A stretch of DNA of 64,000 nt, from NCBI GenBank assembly GCA_024641305.1, contig JAHEDI010000004.1, positions 2,126 through 66,125 of the forward strand. The letters run 5' to 3'. Positions 10,045 through 20,206 of this stretch are shown here, in pieces. A program made the translations under genes and the position numbers. The notes under the pieces are model-generated. The model ran no database searches and had not been told where the DNA came from. It worked only from the letters and a program-made list of their open reading frames with translations. The stretch comes from a bacterium (GTDB lineage Bacteria; Actinomycetota; Acidimicrobiia; Spongiisociales; JAENVV01). Numbering within the stretch: the stretch's first letter is position 1; every line of letters begins with the position of its first letter.

Positions 10045-11976
10045 CTACGCGACGCCGAATCGAGGAGTACGGCACCGGAGGAAGGCCGACTCACCCTTTC
10101 CGACCAGGCAAGGTACCCGGCCGTCTGGCTGCTGGCGGAGCGGATCGATCAGGTTGGTTGTCACAAAGGAGAGTGGAACAAACGTGGCCGAGGCGGCCGA
10201 GGCGGGGGTGCCAGGATCGATACACAACGAGAGTGAACCATCGTTGTTTTTCGCGAGATAGCTACCCGCCGGGATGGCCGAACCATTGTACGTGTCGACG
10301 ATAGTGCCAGGGCCCACGATCCCGGTTACCGGCGTAGGGACCGCCCGACAGTCTTCGGCCGGAACCGCCCCCAACACCACGTTGCCGAATCCGAACGTGT
10401 TGTCCTTGCCCTTGGGGCCAAGGTCCAACGAATAGTCCTCGAGCCCTTTCACGACCCGATCGGGCGTCCAGTTCGGGGCTGCGTGCATGATAAGGGCGGC
10501 GAGACCGGAGATATGCGGAGCCGAGGCCGACGTTCCGATGAACCCATCACAAGCTCCCGCCGTTCCACCGAAGGCACGGGTAATCACTCCGTCAGCCGAC
10601 ACAAAGTCCGGTTTGATCCGACCATCGATCGTCGGGCCCAGCGAAGAGAAGTACTCGATCTGGTTGTTGGCGAAACAGGCGGCCCCCACTGCCACCGTGT
10701 GAGGCGAGAAAGCCGGGTCGGCGATCGATCCGGTGGCTACCTGGTATTCAATGGGACCCCTGTGTCCAAACACCAAGAGATCCAACTCACCTGGGTTGGT
10801 TACCGAATACGCTCGGACCTCAATAAACACTGTCTTATCCGACCCTGTCGTATTCGTCCAGATAACTTGCTCGCCGGGAAAATCACCGGGGGGAGACGCC
10901 TGGTCGCGGAAGCCGTCGCTTCCATAGTTCAGAGGCTCAGTTCCCGTGAGATCCCACAGGTATAGGTCGAGGTCCTCCGTAGTTTTCGGCCAGTTATCCC
11001 ACTTCAAGAAGACGCTCAAGGTACCGCCGCTAGGAACGACCGCTGATAGGTCAAAGTCCGGCGAACCAGACGAGTTGGTGCCGAAGCGTTGCAGCGTGAT
11101 GTTGCTGTTGGGTGGCGTGTACGGTTTCCACGCGCCTTTCCAATGGTCCTGTGTGTAGTTCCCGGCAGCAGCCACCCAAAGAATGCCGGCCTCGTCGGCG
11201 CGCCTCGCCGCGTTTGAGGCGCTGGGGGCCTGGGCCGTCCCGTCCCCCCGATCAGACAAGAACCAGGCACCGGAATGGTTGATGATGTCGATCCCTTGCG
11301 CGATCGCGTAATCCACAAACGCTTCCAGGTCGAACTCATCATCGACACACACCAGATAGATCTGAGCGGCGGGAGCAATGTCATAGATGATCTCTGCCAC
11401 GGCGGTCCCGTGGGCTCCCCCGCTTTCCAGCGGGTTGGAACAATAATTCTTCGTGATGGCATTCCCGGGAAGGTCCCCCGACGTGACTGCTTCGAGACGC
11501 CCTGCGAAACCAAAGTCGACGACGGCAACCTTCGCCCCGATCCCGGTCAGGCCAAGCGCGTGCCAGGTGTTGGCGCCCGTGGTACCGACGCCCTGGGACT
11601 GTACAGCTAGCGGAGCGGGAGGGATCATCTGGCGGACTGACGCAATCCCGGGCGCCCGCTCCAGGCCCCGAAGGGCCGCGAGCGGCATTTCCACCTTGAA
11701 TGACTCGCCTTCACTGGCCAGCACCCGTCCACCGGCGTTGCCTACCGACTGGCGAGCAGCGGTTTCCCGACCGGTGTAGTCGACCCGGACGGTCACATTG
11801 CCCGCATTGGACCTGGCAGCCTCGGCCAGCGATCCACCGACCCCGTCGAAAGAGTCACGGTTGACCTCGATGGGAACGGATCGCTCGGGTTCGCCCTGAG
11901 CAACGGCCGGACTGCTCAGCAACGACCCGACGACCACGATGGCGAGCGACGTTGACCATATCCTGCGTCCGGGCAT
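10045..11976 (-). CDS. secreted S8 family (subtilisin-like) serine peptidase
   Basis: It has a signal peptide and the Asp (VAVVDFG), His (HGTAVAE) and Ser (GTSASAPHISGLAAL) catalytic blocks. Confidence 0.85.
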   Translation of the reverse strand: MPGRRIWSTSLAIVVVGSLLSSPAVAQGEPERSVPIEVNRDSFDGVGGSLAEAARSNAGNVTVRVDYTGRETAARQSVGNAGGRVLASEGESFKVEMPLAALRGLERAPGIASVRQMIPPAPLAVQSQGVGTTGANTWHALGLTGIGAKVAVVDFGFAGRLEAVTSGDLPGNAITKNYCSNPLESGGAHGTAVAEIIYDIAPAAQIYLVCVDDEFDLEAFVDYAIAQGIDIINHSGAWFLSDRGDGTAQAPSASNAARRADEAGILWVAAAGNYTQDHWKGAWKPYTPPNSNITLQRFGTNSSGSPDFDLSAVVPSGGTLSVFLKWDNWPKTTEDLDLYLWDLTGTEPLNYGSDGFRDQASPPGDFPGEQVIWTNTTGSDKTVFIEVRAYSVTNPGELDLLVFGHRGPIEYQVATGSIADPAFSPHTVAVGAACFANNQIEYFSSLGPTIDGRIKPDFVSADGVITRAFGGTAGACDGFIGTSASAPHISGLAALIMHAAPNWTPDRVVKGLEDYSLDLGPKGKDNTFGFGNVVLGAVPAEDCRAVPTPVTGIVGPGTIVDTYNGSAIPAGSYLAKNNDGSLSLCIDPGTPASAASATFVPLSFVTTNLIDPLRQQPDGRVPCLVGKGESAFLRCRTPRFGVA

Positions 11977-12084
11977 CGCCTACTCCCTGGGTGTGCGAAC
12001 CAACATAGTAAATCGCCGTGGCCGCTAACCGGAGTCGCTTCCGAGCATCACCGACCAGGACCGCAGACCGGTCCGATTGTTCCG

Positions 12085-12433
12085 TGGAGGTGGGGGGAGT
12101 CGAACCCCCGTCCGTTGCACCATCTGCGCCGCTTCTCCGAGCGCAGCCAACAGCAAGCATTCGGACCAGTGGGGCTCTGATGGCAAGTTTCCCTCTGACC
12201 TATCCGGAATTGTCTTAGCCCCTCAGTCCCGGAATCCCTCGGGGAGCGTCCTACATTGCGACGTCTGGATCCGGCGAGGTAGGTACCCTCCGGTCAGACG
12301 AGCAGCCTATTTAGGCTGCCAGGGCGAAGTTATCTTCGGCACCTATTGGTGTTCCGGTTCTTTAACGAGGACTCCGGAGACCTCGGCTCGCTTCAAGCGC
12401 TTCAACATGCAACGTCGAAACCGTTTCACCCCC
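12085..12433 (-). ncRNA. ssrA: transfer-messenger RNA (tmRNA)
   Basis: On the minus strand the sequence starts GGGGGTGAAACGGTTTCGACG. It contains the tag reading frame GCC GAA GAT AAC TTC GCC CTG GCA GCC TAA (AEDNFALAA, near 12311-12340). It ends with the tRNA-like T-arm GGGGGTTCGACTCCCCC and then CACCTCCA. smpB lies nearby. Confidence 0.9.
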
Positions 12434-12497
12434 ATATAGGGATACGGCGAGTATAGGCACCACGGCCGATAATCGGCCATCGGATAACCGGACCCGG

Positions 12498-13055
12498 TCA
12501 GGCAACCGCTACAGAATCCGAGCCGGCCATGGCGGGGGCGAGAACTCGCAATGCGGCATCGACCACGTGGGGGTCGAATTGGGTGCCTGTGTGGGCGGTC
12601 AATTCATAGAAGGCCACCGGCATGGGTTGGGCCACCTGATAAACCCGATCGGAGATCATGGCGTCAACCGCGTCTGCAACGGCAATGATGCGGGCCATTC
12701 GGGGAATCCGGTCGCCTGCCAGCCCGAATGGGTAGCCGAGTCCGTCGACCCGCTCATGGTGACACAAGACGGCTCTGGCAATCTCGGGAGCCACCAGACC
12801 ATCCAGAATGAGGAATCCCAGCTCGGGGTGTTTCTGAACCTGGGTCTGTTCCTGCTCGGTCAGCGGCCGAGGAAGATTGAGAATCGAATCGGGGACCTTC
12901 ACCTTGCCAACGTCATGGAGGTGCGCAGCCATCCAGACAGTCCGCTGTTGGATGGTCCCAAAACCCAACTCAGCTGAGATCTCGACCGCCAGTGCGGCGG
13001 TCCGCGCACTGTGGCCGGCAAGATCCTCAGACAGTTGTGGGAAGCTGTAGGTCAT
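12498..13055 (-). CDS. stand-alone HD-GYP domain phosphodiesterase
   Basis: It has the HD motif (AAHLHDVGKV) and the HHERVDGLGYP motif. There is no receiver or sensor domain. Confidence 0.8.
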   Translation of the reverse strand: MTYSFPQLSEDLAGHSARTAALAVEISAELGFGTIQQRTVWMAAHLHDVGKVKVPDSILNLPRPLTEQEQTQVQKHPELGFLILDGLVAPEIARAVLCHHERVDGLGYPFGLAGDRIPRMARIIAVADAVDAMISDRVYQVAQPMPVAFYELTAHTGTQFDPHVVDAALRVLAPAMAGSDSVAVA

Positions 13056-13087
13056 ACGGGATCACAGTCGCGGTGACCCGGCAATCG

Positions 13088-13555
13088 TTACATGTTTTTT
13101 GTCGACCGTCCGGTCGATCGTTGAATCTCCCGTTTTTGGTCTTTTTCTTTCAACGCCTGTCGCTTGTCATACGCCCGGCGGCCCTTGCCGAGGGCGACTT
13201 CGATCTTGGCCCGTCCGTCGAGGAAGTAAATCGACAAAGGAACGGCGGTAACCCCTTGTTCGGCGATCGCCGCGGCGATCTTGTCTATCTCTCGGCGGTT
13301 CAGGAGGAGCTTGCGCCGGCGATCGGGGGCGTGACCGCCTTCGTGGGCGAACGAGTACGGAGCGATATAGGCGTTGAGGAGAAAGGCCTCTCCCCGATCA
13401 ATGATGACGAAGGCGTCCTGGAGGTTGGCGGTCTTGGCCCGCAGGCTCTTCACTTCGGACCCGACCAGCACCATTCCTGCTTCGAACGTGTCGACGATGG
13501 AATAGTCGTGGCGAGCTTTCCGGTTCTGGGTAACGATCACCCGTTCTTGGCTCAT
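13088..13555 (-). CDS. smpB: SsrA-binding protein SmpB
   Basis: Family-wide conservation: the N-terminal region NRKARHDYSI..., ...GSEVKSLR..., and the basic C-terminal tail. Confidence 0.9.
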   Translation of the reverse strand: MSQERVIVTQNRKARHDYSIVDTFEAGMVLVGSEVKSLRAKTANLQDAFVIIDRGEAFLLNAYIAPYSFAHEGGHAPDRRRKLLLNRREIDKIAAAIAEQGVTAVPLSIYFLDGRAKIEVALGKGRRAYDKRQALKEKDQKREIQRSTGRSTKNM

Positions 13556-14742
13556 CCGTTCAGATAGTTCATCGGGTTGACCGGAGTGCCGTACTCACGA
13601 GTCTCAAAATGTAAATGTGGACCCGTCGAATAGCCCGTTGAACCGACATACCCAATGGTCGATCCAGCCGACACACTGCTCCCAGCCGATACGTTGAGCG
13701 AGCTTTGGTGGGCGTAGAGCGTGGTGAGACCGCCCCCATGGTCGATGATGACCGTCTTGCCGTACCCGCCGTACCAGTCTGCCCAGATCACCGTGCCAGA
13801 ACCGGCGGCAGCAATCGGGGTTCCGGAGCCACCGCTGATGTCAAGGCCGGTATGTAGCTTGCGAACGCCACTAATCGGATGAATCCGGTACCCAAACCCG
13901 GAAGAGACCGACCCGTTGATGGGCCAGCTCAGCCGTCCCGGATTCGATCCGCCGGTGCTGGTCAACCGATTGAGGTCGGCCTGGAGCTTGGCTTGTTCGG
14001 CCTCAAAGGCAGCAATCTCGCCCTCGATCTCAGCGATCTCAGCTTCGATCGACGCGAGAATTCGGCCCGCCTCTCTTACCTCTTGATCGACGATGGCGGC
14101 GGCGGCGGCCAGAGCGATCTTGTCATCCTCGAGAGCCGCTCGCTTGATCTCGAGGCCCGCCAGCAGAACTTCGACCGTGCGCTGATTCTCTTCGATGGCA
14201 GTTTGTTGGTTTTGCTCGGTGCGCTCGAGGATTTCGAGGGTGTTCAACAACCGCTCCGAAGAGTCGAATACGTCATCGGAATACCGCATCGCCACCGACA
14301 TCGAAGCCATATCGTCAACATTGACGACTACCGATGATCCGATTGACGAAGCCCTCTGCATGTACAGCTCCGCAGCTCGATCCTGGAACGTGAGCCGGGC
14401 TTCTCGAATTTGGAGACGGGTGTTGGCTACTTCGATCGCGAGCCGATCGAGCCGAAGATTCAGCTCATCAAGCTGAGCTTCGTTGTCGGCGATCTCTGCC
14501 GTGACTGCATCGACCTTGGCCTGAGCTTCGGCAACCGCGGCCCTGGCCACCCGCAGGCGCCCCTGGGCGGCCTCCAACTCGACGAGTTGAGCCGACCGCT
14601 GACTGGCGATCCCCTTCGACTGGTCTTTGAGCACGTCGATCTTTCGATCAATCTCATCGATATCACTCTGAGATTGGGCGCCGGCGGTCACTGCGCCGGC
14701 CATGACCGCCAGCAAAACGATGAGCGCTACGAATGATTTCAT
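13552..14742 (-). CDS. secreted coiled-coil M23 metallopeptidase (EnvC/PcsB-like partner of FtsEX)
   Basis: It has a signal peptide and about 250 aa of heptad-rich coiled coil. The C-terminal M23 domain has HTGLD (HxxxD) and HLHFE (HxH). It overlaps the ftsX stop by 4 nt. Confidence 0.8.
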   Translation of the reverse strand: MKSFVALIVLLAVMAGAVTAGAQSQSDIDEIDRKIDVLKDQSKGIASQRSAQLVELEAAQGRLRVARAAVAEAQAKVDAVTAEIADNEAQLDELNLRLDRLAIEVANTRLQIREARLTFQDRAAELYMQRASSIGSSVVVNVDDMASMSVAMRYSDDVFDSSERLLNTLEILERTEQNQQTAIEENQRTVEVLLAGLEIKRAALEDDKIALAAAAAIVDQEVREAGRILASIEAEIAEIEGEIAAFEAEQAKLQADLNRLTSTGGSNPGRLSWPINGSVSSGFGYRIHPISGVRKLHTGLDISGGSGTPIAAAGSGTVIWADWYGGYGKTVIIDHGGGLTTLYAHQSSLNVSAGSSVSAGSTIGYVGSTGYSTGPHLHFETREYGTPVNPMNYLNG

Positions 14743-14745
14743 GCA

Positions 14746-15627
14746 TTACACCTTGAGGAACTTCCGGAGTCCAAGTGCCGATCCACCGACACCGGCGACG
14801 GCACCAAACGCCAGGAACAGTATTGACCATTTCACAAAAAAGCCAGACGAGATGGTGAAATCGAACAGGCTGATGGCCGCGTCAACATCGCCGACTACCC
14901 GACTGGCAATCCAGACCCCAAAAACGGCCAGTCCGGCGCCTGCCATCCCCTCGATCATCCCCTCGATGAGGAAGGGGATGCGAATGAACCAGTTGGAAGC
15001 CCCGACCAGCCTCATAATCGAGACCTCTTCCCGACGGGCATAGATAGCCATCCGAATCGTATTCGAGATGAGAACAACTGCGGCAATTCCCTGAATAAGC
15101 GCCAGCCCGAAACCCAGCCAGTTGAGAACCCGGGATAGCTGAGCGACGTTTTCGATGGACTCCCCCGGCGCCACCACTTCCAACACCGCCGGTTGATCGA
15201 TCAGGTTGAACACGACTTCGCGATACCGGGTGCTGTCTGTCAGCCGGATCCGAATTGAAGCGGGCAGCACATCAGGATCGATGTTGTCCGCCACGGGCGA
15301 ATTCGGAAACAGTTTCTTGAATTCCTCAAAGGCTCCGAGCTTGTCGACGTACTCGGTCGACTCGACGAGGTCCCAGCCGTCGATCTCCGAACGGAGGGCC
15401 ACCTGCGAGTCAAGCGTGATGCCGTCGCGAGCATCCTTGAGAAAGACGATGACATGCGTACCGTCCTGCCATTGCTGGGTATTGGTTCGGACTAGCTCCT
15501 GGATCGACAACGCTCCGAACGCCAGGAATAGTGACACGAACACCGCCAGGACCGCGCCCGAGACCACCAGGGGATTGCGGCGCATGTTGACGAGAGACTC
15601 TTCGAGCAAAAACCCGATCCGGCTCAT
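14746..15627 (-). CDS. ftsX: cell division permease FtsX
   Basis: It has the four-TM FtsX topology with a large first extracytoplasmic loop. It overlaps the ftsE stop. Confidence 0.85.
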   Translation of the reverse strand: MSRIGFLLEESLVNMRRNPLVVSGAVLAVFVSLFLAFGALSIQELVRTNTQQWQDGTHVIVFLKDARDGITLDSQVALRSEIDGWDLVESTEYVDKLGAFEEFKKLFPNSPVADNIDPDVLPASIRIRLTDSTRYREVVFNLIDQPAVLEVVAPGESIENVAQLSRVLNWLGFGLALIQGIAAVVLISNTIRMAIYARREEVSIMRLVGASNWFIRIPFLIEGMIEGMAGAGLAVFGVWIASRVVGDVDAAISLFDFTISSGFFVKWSILFLAFGAVAGVGGSALGLRKFLKV

Positions 15628-16319
15628 TCGACCGATTCCTCTTGCTCGTATCGCCCACTCGCCTGATCGCGGACCACTTGGCCTGCTTCGAGACCGACCA
15701 CCCGACGTCGCATGGCATCGACGATGGCGTGGTCATGAGTTGCCATGACGATGGTGGTCCCCGTGCGATTGATCCGGTCGAGCAAGCGCATGATGCCGAC
15801 CGAGGTGGCCGGGTCAAGGTTCCCGGTGGGCTCGTCGCACAGCAAGATAGGCGGCCGATTCACGAACGCCCTCGCAATCGACACTCGTTGCTGTTCACCA
15901 CCGGAGAGTTGGCGGGGAAGGCGCTCGGATTTGCCGGTGAGACCAACCAGGTCGATCACCTGCTCGACTTGCCGGTGAATGACGGCTTTCGGTCGACCCA
16001 GGACCTCAAGCGCGAAAGCAATATTCTGGGCGACAGTCTTGTTCGGAAGGAGCTTGTAGTCCTGGAAAACGGTTCCGACCGTCCGGCGGAGATACGGCAC
16101 CTTCCACGAAGGCATCGCCGTTATGTCCTTGCCGGCTACCCAGATGGTCCCCGTCGTAACTTCCTCTTCGCGCAGGAGCATCCGAATCAGGGTCGACTTG
16201 CCCGACCCGGACGCGCCGACGAGGAACAAGAACTCGCCTTTGGCGACATTCAAAGAAACATTGCTACACGCTACGGTGCCACCGTCGTAGACCTTGGTGA
16301 CATCCTCGAGTTTGATCAT
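15624..16319 (-). CDS. ftsE: cell division ATP-binding protein FtsE
   Basis: It has the ABC ATPase motifs GASGSGKST, LSGGEQQRVSIARA and LLCDEPTGNLD. Confidence 0.9.
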   Translation of the reverse strand: MIKLEDVTKVYDGGTVACSNVSLNVAKGEFLFLVGASGSGKSTLIRMLLREEEVTTGTIWVAGKDITAMPSWKVPYLRRTVGTVFQDYKLLPNKTVAQNIAFALEVLGRPKAVIHRQVEQVIDLVGLTGKSERLPRQLSGGEQQRVSIARAFVNRPPILLCDEPTGNLDPATSVGIMRLLDRINRTGTTIVMATHDHAIVDAMRRRVVGLEAGQVVRDQASGRYEQEESVE

Positions 16320-16401
16320 GGGTACCTCTGAACGCGAGCTATCCGCAGGGCTGCGGGGTCATCCAAACGACAGGTTACCAAGGGGTCTGCTCCTACTTGA
16401 A

Positions 16402-17524
16402 TCAATCGGACTCGATCTCATGGTTGGCCCGCCGCCACATAAGGTAGCCCTCAATGAACTCGTCGAGGTCGCCGTCGAGAACGCCGGTGACATTGCCGAC
16501 CTCGGTTCCGGTCCGCATATCCTTCACCATCTGATACGGCTGCATGACGTACGAGCGAATCTGGTGTCCCCAAGCCGCTTCAGTTTGTTCGCCTCGTATC
16601 CCGTCAATGTGGTCCAGCCGATCTTGCCTGGCCTTGTCTGCGAGGCGCACCTGGAGCAGTTTCATGGCGCGAGCCCGGTTCTGAATCTGAGACCGCTCCG
16701 CCTGGGAACCCACCACGATCCCGGTCGGGAGATGGGTGATCCGAACCGCCGAATCCGACGTGTTGACATGCTGACCTCCGGCTCCCGATGACCGGAACGT
16801 GTCGACGCGTAAGTCGTCGGAGTTGATTTCGATCTCCTCAGCTTCGGCGACCTCCGGAATGACATCGACAGCCGCAAACGAAGTGTGGCGTCGAGCAGCC
16901 GAATCAAACGGTGAAATCCGCACGAGTCTGTGAACCCCTTTCTCGCCAACCATCCAGCCGTAACTGTGATCACCCGTGACCGTAAACGAGGCGGACTTGA
17001 TTCCAGCCTCTTCGCCGCGTTGAACTTCTTCGAGGGTTACCTGGAATCCGGCCTTCTCAAGATGCCGCAAGTACATGCGCAGAAGGATCTCCGCCCAGTC
17101 CTGGGCATCGACTCCCCCGGCACCCGCATGAACACTGACGATGGCTTCATAGTCGTCATACTCGTCATAGAACAGCGATTCCATCTCGAGCTTGCGCAGT
17201 TCGATATCGACCGACTTCAGATCGCGCTCGACGTCGGCAAGCACCGCCAGATCAGATTCTTCGGCCGCCATGTCAAGGATCATTCCGGCTTCCTCAAGAG
17301 CGGCCACCAGTTTGTCTTGCTGCGTGAAAATCTGCTCATACCTGGCGAGACGTTTGGTCACCTCCCGGGCTGCGTTGGGATCATCCCAAAACCCGGGCGT
17401 ACCAATCTGCTCGTTGAGATCGGCTACTTCATCTTTCTTATTGTCGAGGTCAAAGGAACCTCCTGGCGTCGGCGAGCCGCGATCTCAATTCGTCGATCAG
17501 GGCGCGCAATTCTGTTTCAGTCAC
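16402..17524 (-). CDS. prfB: peptide chain release factor 2, with programmed +1 frameshift
   Basis: The track ORF 16402-17361 holds the RF2 body (GGQHVN, SPF). Upstream on the same strand a short frame reads GTG ACT GAA ... GCC AGG AGG TTC CTT TGA C. A +1 slip at CTT T GAC joins it to the body frame (...FDLDNKKDEV...FWDDPNAAREVTKRLA...). Confidence 0.85.
17449..17464 (-). promoter_or_regulatory. prfB: prfB autoregulatory frameshift site: internal Shine-Dalgarno AGGAGG, 3-nt spacer, CTT TGA C slippery/stop codon
   Basis: The minus strand reads AGGAGG TTC CTT TGA C. This matches the canonical RF2 recoding cassette. Confidence 0.8.
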
Positions 17525-17536
17525 CGTGAGACACTC

Positions 17537-20161
17537 CTATTCGGCCGCGCCATGGCATCGCTTGTACTTCTTGCCCGAACCGCAAAAGCAAGGTTCGTTG
17601 CGACCCATCCGATCCTCGGCCGTGGCCTGCTTGGGCTTTGACGGCCCAGCGTTGGTCGATATCGCTTGAACCCGCTGCACCGGCTGAGCAGGCTGATCGA
17701 CAACCTCGACGTGAAAAAGGTACCGAACCGCGTCGCGCTTCACCGAGTCAACCAGCCCCGAAAACAGGTTAAACGCTTCGTTCTGATACTCGACGAGCGG
17801 ATCGCGCTGGCCCATCGCACGCAGCCCGATGCCAGCTCGCAGGTAATCCATCTCGCTGAGATGTTCGCGCCACTTGTTGTCAATGATCGACAAGGTCACC
17901 CGCTTCTCGATCGCCCGGAGCACCGGTTCGCCTAACTCCGATTCGCGGGCGTCATAGACGCCATGGGCGTCCTCCATCACCAGGTCAACGATTTTCTCGA
18001 CAGACTTGATGCCTTCAAAAGCCTCAGCTCCCAGGCGCATCGGATACAACACGGTGAGCTCCCGTTGAAGTTCCTCGAGATCCCACTGACCGGCCGGGAC
18101 CATTTCAAGTCCGACCCGAACCGTGTCTTCAACCACGGTGTCGATCCATTCTCTGGCCAGGTCGGCCGAATCTTCCCCAAGCAGGAGGTTCTGGCGCCAG
18201 GAGTAAATAACCTCCCGCTGCCGGTTCATAACTTCGTCGTATTTGAGCACATTCTTACGGGCTTCGAAGTTTTGTGCCTCGACCTGACCCTGCGCCCGCT
18301 CGACCGACTTCGAAACCATCTTCGCCTCGATCGGAACGTCTTCTGGCAATTTGAGACGGTCCATGATGCTCGTCACACGGTCCCCGGCAAAGCGCCGCAT
18401 GAGATCGTCTCCAAGCGACAAGTAGAACCGCGACTCCCCCGGATCTCCCTGGCGACCCGACCGGCCTCGCAACTGGTTGTCGATTCGACGAGAGTCGTGG
18501 CGCTCAGTACCTATGACATAGAGTCCACCGGCCGCCAGGACTTCGGCCTTGGCGGCCGAAGTCTCCGCTTTGTACTTCTTGAGTGCTTTCTCGTACGCGT
18601 CGTCAAAGCCGTCGTCGGTTGGGTTCAACCCTGTTTTGCGGACGGCGGACAAGGCGAGTCCTTCCGGGTTGCCTCCGAGCATGATGTCAACACCACGACC
18701 TGCCATGTTCGTAGCTACGGTGACCGCACCCGGTCGCCCCGCCTGAGCGATGATCTCCGCTTCACGGTGATGCTGCTTGGCGTTGAGGACCTCATGATCG
18801 ATCCCACGACGACTGAGAAAGTTCGAAAGTCGTTCAGACTTCTCAATACTCACGGTGCCGACCAGAACCGGTTGATTTTTGCTGTTCCGCTCGACAATGT
18901 CATCGATCAGCGCATGGAACTTGGCGTCCTCGGTCTTGTAGACCAAATCCTCTTTATCAATACGGGCCACCGGCACATTGGTGGGGATCACCACGACATC
19001 GACGTCATAGATCTCTTTGAGTTCGGCTTCTTCCGTTTTGGCCGTACCCGTCATACCAGACAGCTTGTCGTACATGCGGAAGTAGTTCTGGAGGGTGATC
19101 GTGGCGAGCGTCTGGTTCTCCTGTTTGATCTCTACGCCCTCTTGCGCCTCGATCGCCTGATGCAGGCCCTCCGAATAGCGCCGACCATCGAGGACCCGGC
19201 CGGTGAATTCGTCAACGATCTTCACCTCACCATCGACGACCAGATACTCGACGTCGCGGTGATAAAGCGTCTTTGCCTTGAGGCCGACGTCGAGGTGGTG
19301 CACAAAGTCGACTGCAGCATGGTCGTACATATTTTCGATTCCGAGCATTGACTCGACCCTCGATACGCCGGCCTCGGTGGTTATGACCTGGCGCTTGCCC
19401 TCGTCGACCTCGTAGTGCTCGTCTTCGCGTAGTTGACTGACAATCTTGGCAAAGTCCCGATACCACTTGGCACTATCGCCGACCACGCCGGAGATGATGA
19501 GCGGGGTTCGGGCTTCATCGACGAGGATCGAGTCAACCTCGTCGACAATCGCATAGAAGTACCCTCGGTGAACCATGCCCTCGGACCGCATCGCCATGTT
19601 GTCGCGCAGATAATCGAACCCGAATTCGTTGTTCGTCCCGTGTGTGATGTTGGCGCTGTAGGCGACCCGACGTTCTGCCGGGGTCATGTCCGACTGGATA
19701 AGTCCGACGTCAAGACCCATGAACCGGTGGACCTGACCCATCCACTCTGCGTCGCGGGCGGCCAGGTATTCGTTCACGGTGATTACGTGAACATTGCCAC
19801 CGGTGAGCGCGTTCAGATACGCAGGCATGGTGCTTACAAGCGTCTTACCTTCACCAGTGCGCATCTCGATGATCATGCCTTGGTGGAGCGCGGCTGCCCC
19901 GACCACTTGCACGTCGAACGGCCGCATTCCGAGAACTCGCTTGGCTGCCTCGCGCACCGACGCGAAAGCCTCCGCGGCAAGGTCATCAAGCGACGCTCCC
20001 CTATCGAGACGTTCCTTGAACTCGTTGGTCTTCGCTTGAAGGTCCACGTCCGACAGGAGTTCCATGGACGGTTCGAGTTGGCCCACTTCTTGAGCGAAGA
20101 CTTCCAGCTCTTTGAGGGCGCGTCCTTCTCCGGCGCGCAGAAGCTTTGAAAGAATGGTCAT
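17537..20161 (-). CDS. secA: preprotein translocase ATPase SecA
   Basis: The 874-aa protein has the DEAD-like motor motifs and the C-terminal zinc finger [14 protein letters not shown]. Confidence 0.95.
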   Translation of the reverse strand: MTILSKLLRAGEGRALKELEVFAQEVGQLEPSMELLSDVDLQAKTNEFKERLDRGASLDDLAAEAFASVREAAKRVLGMRPFDVQVVGAAALHQGMIIEMRTGEGKTLVSTMPAYLNALTGGNVHVITVNEYLAARDAEWMGQVHRFMGLDVGLIQSDMTPAERRVAYSANITHGTNNEFGFDYLRDNMAMRSEGMVHRGYFYAIVDEVDSILVDEARTPLIISGVVGDSAKWYRDFAKIVSQLREDEHYEVDEGKRQVITTEAGVSRVESMLGIENMYDHAAVDFVHHLDVGLKAKTLYHRDVEYLVVDGEVKIVDEFTGRVLDGRRYSEGLHQAIEAQEGVEIKQENQTLATITLQNYFRMYDKLSGMTGTAKTEEAELKEIYDVDVVVIPTNVPVARIDKEDLVYKTEDAKFHALIDDIVERNSKNQPVLVGTVSIEKSERLSNFLSRRGIDHEVLNAKQHHREAEIIAQAGRPGAVTVATNMAGRGVDIMLGGNPEGLALSAVRKTGLNPTDDGFDDAYEKALKKYKAETSAAKAEVLAAGGLYVIGTERHDSRRIDNQLRGRSGRQGDPGESRFYLSLGDDLMRRFAGDRVTSIMDRLKLPEDVPIEAKMVSKSVERAQGQVEAQNFEARKNVLKYDEVMNRQREVIYSWRQNLLLGEDSADLAREWIDTVVEDTVRVGLEMVPAGQWDLEELQRELTVLYPMRLGAEAFEGIKSVEKIVDLVMEDAHGVYDARESELGEPVLRAIEKRVTLSIIDNKWREHLSEMDYLRAGIGLRAMGQRDPLVEYQNEAFNLFSGLVDSVKRDAVRYLFHVEVVDQPAQPVQRVQAISTNAGPSKPKQATAEDRMGRNEPCFCGSGKKYKRCHGAAE

Positions 20162-20206
20162 GCAACCATATTAGGAGGGAACCGGTGTTCAACTGTCGTT
20201 CTTATG

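Noticed and set aside
12085-12125. tRNA-like T-arm and acceptor sequence, possible tRNA gene
   Set aside because: It is the tRNA-like domain at the 3-prime end of tmRNA. There is no anticodon arm, and the upstream sequence is the tmRNA body.
12077-12439. 120-aa plus-strand ORF from the six-frame track
   Set aside because: It lies exactly over the minus-strand tmRNA gene. The protein sequence is low complexity and Arg/Ser/Pro-rich, typical of a frame artefact in GC-rich DNA.
17963-19351. 462-aa plus-strand ORF
   Set aside because: It is antisense to secA, whose identity is unambiguous. Long antisense ORFs are expected in high-GC genomes. I reject the similar antisense ORFs at 4113-4913 (opposite the DEAD-box helicase) and 15642-16331 (opposite ftsE) for the same reason.
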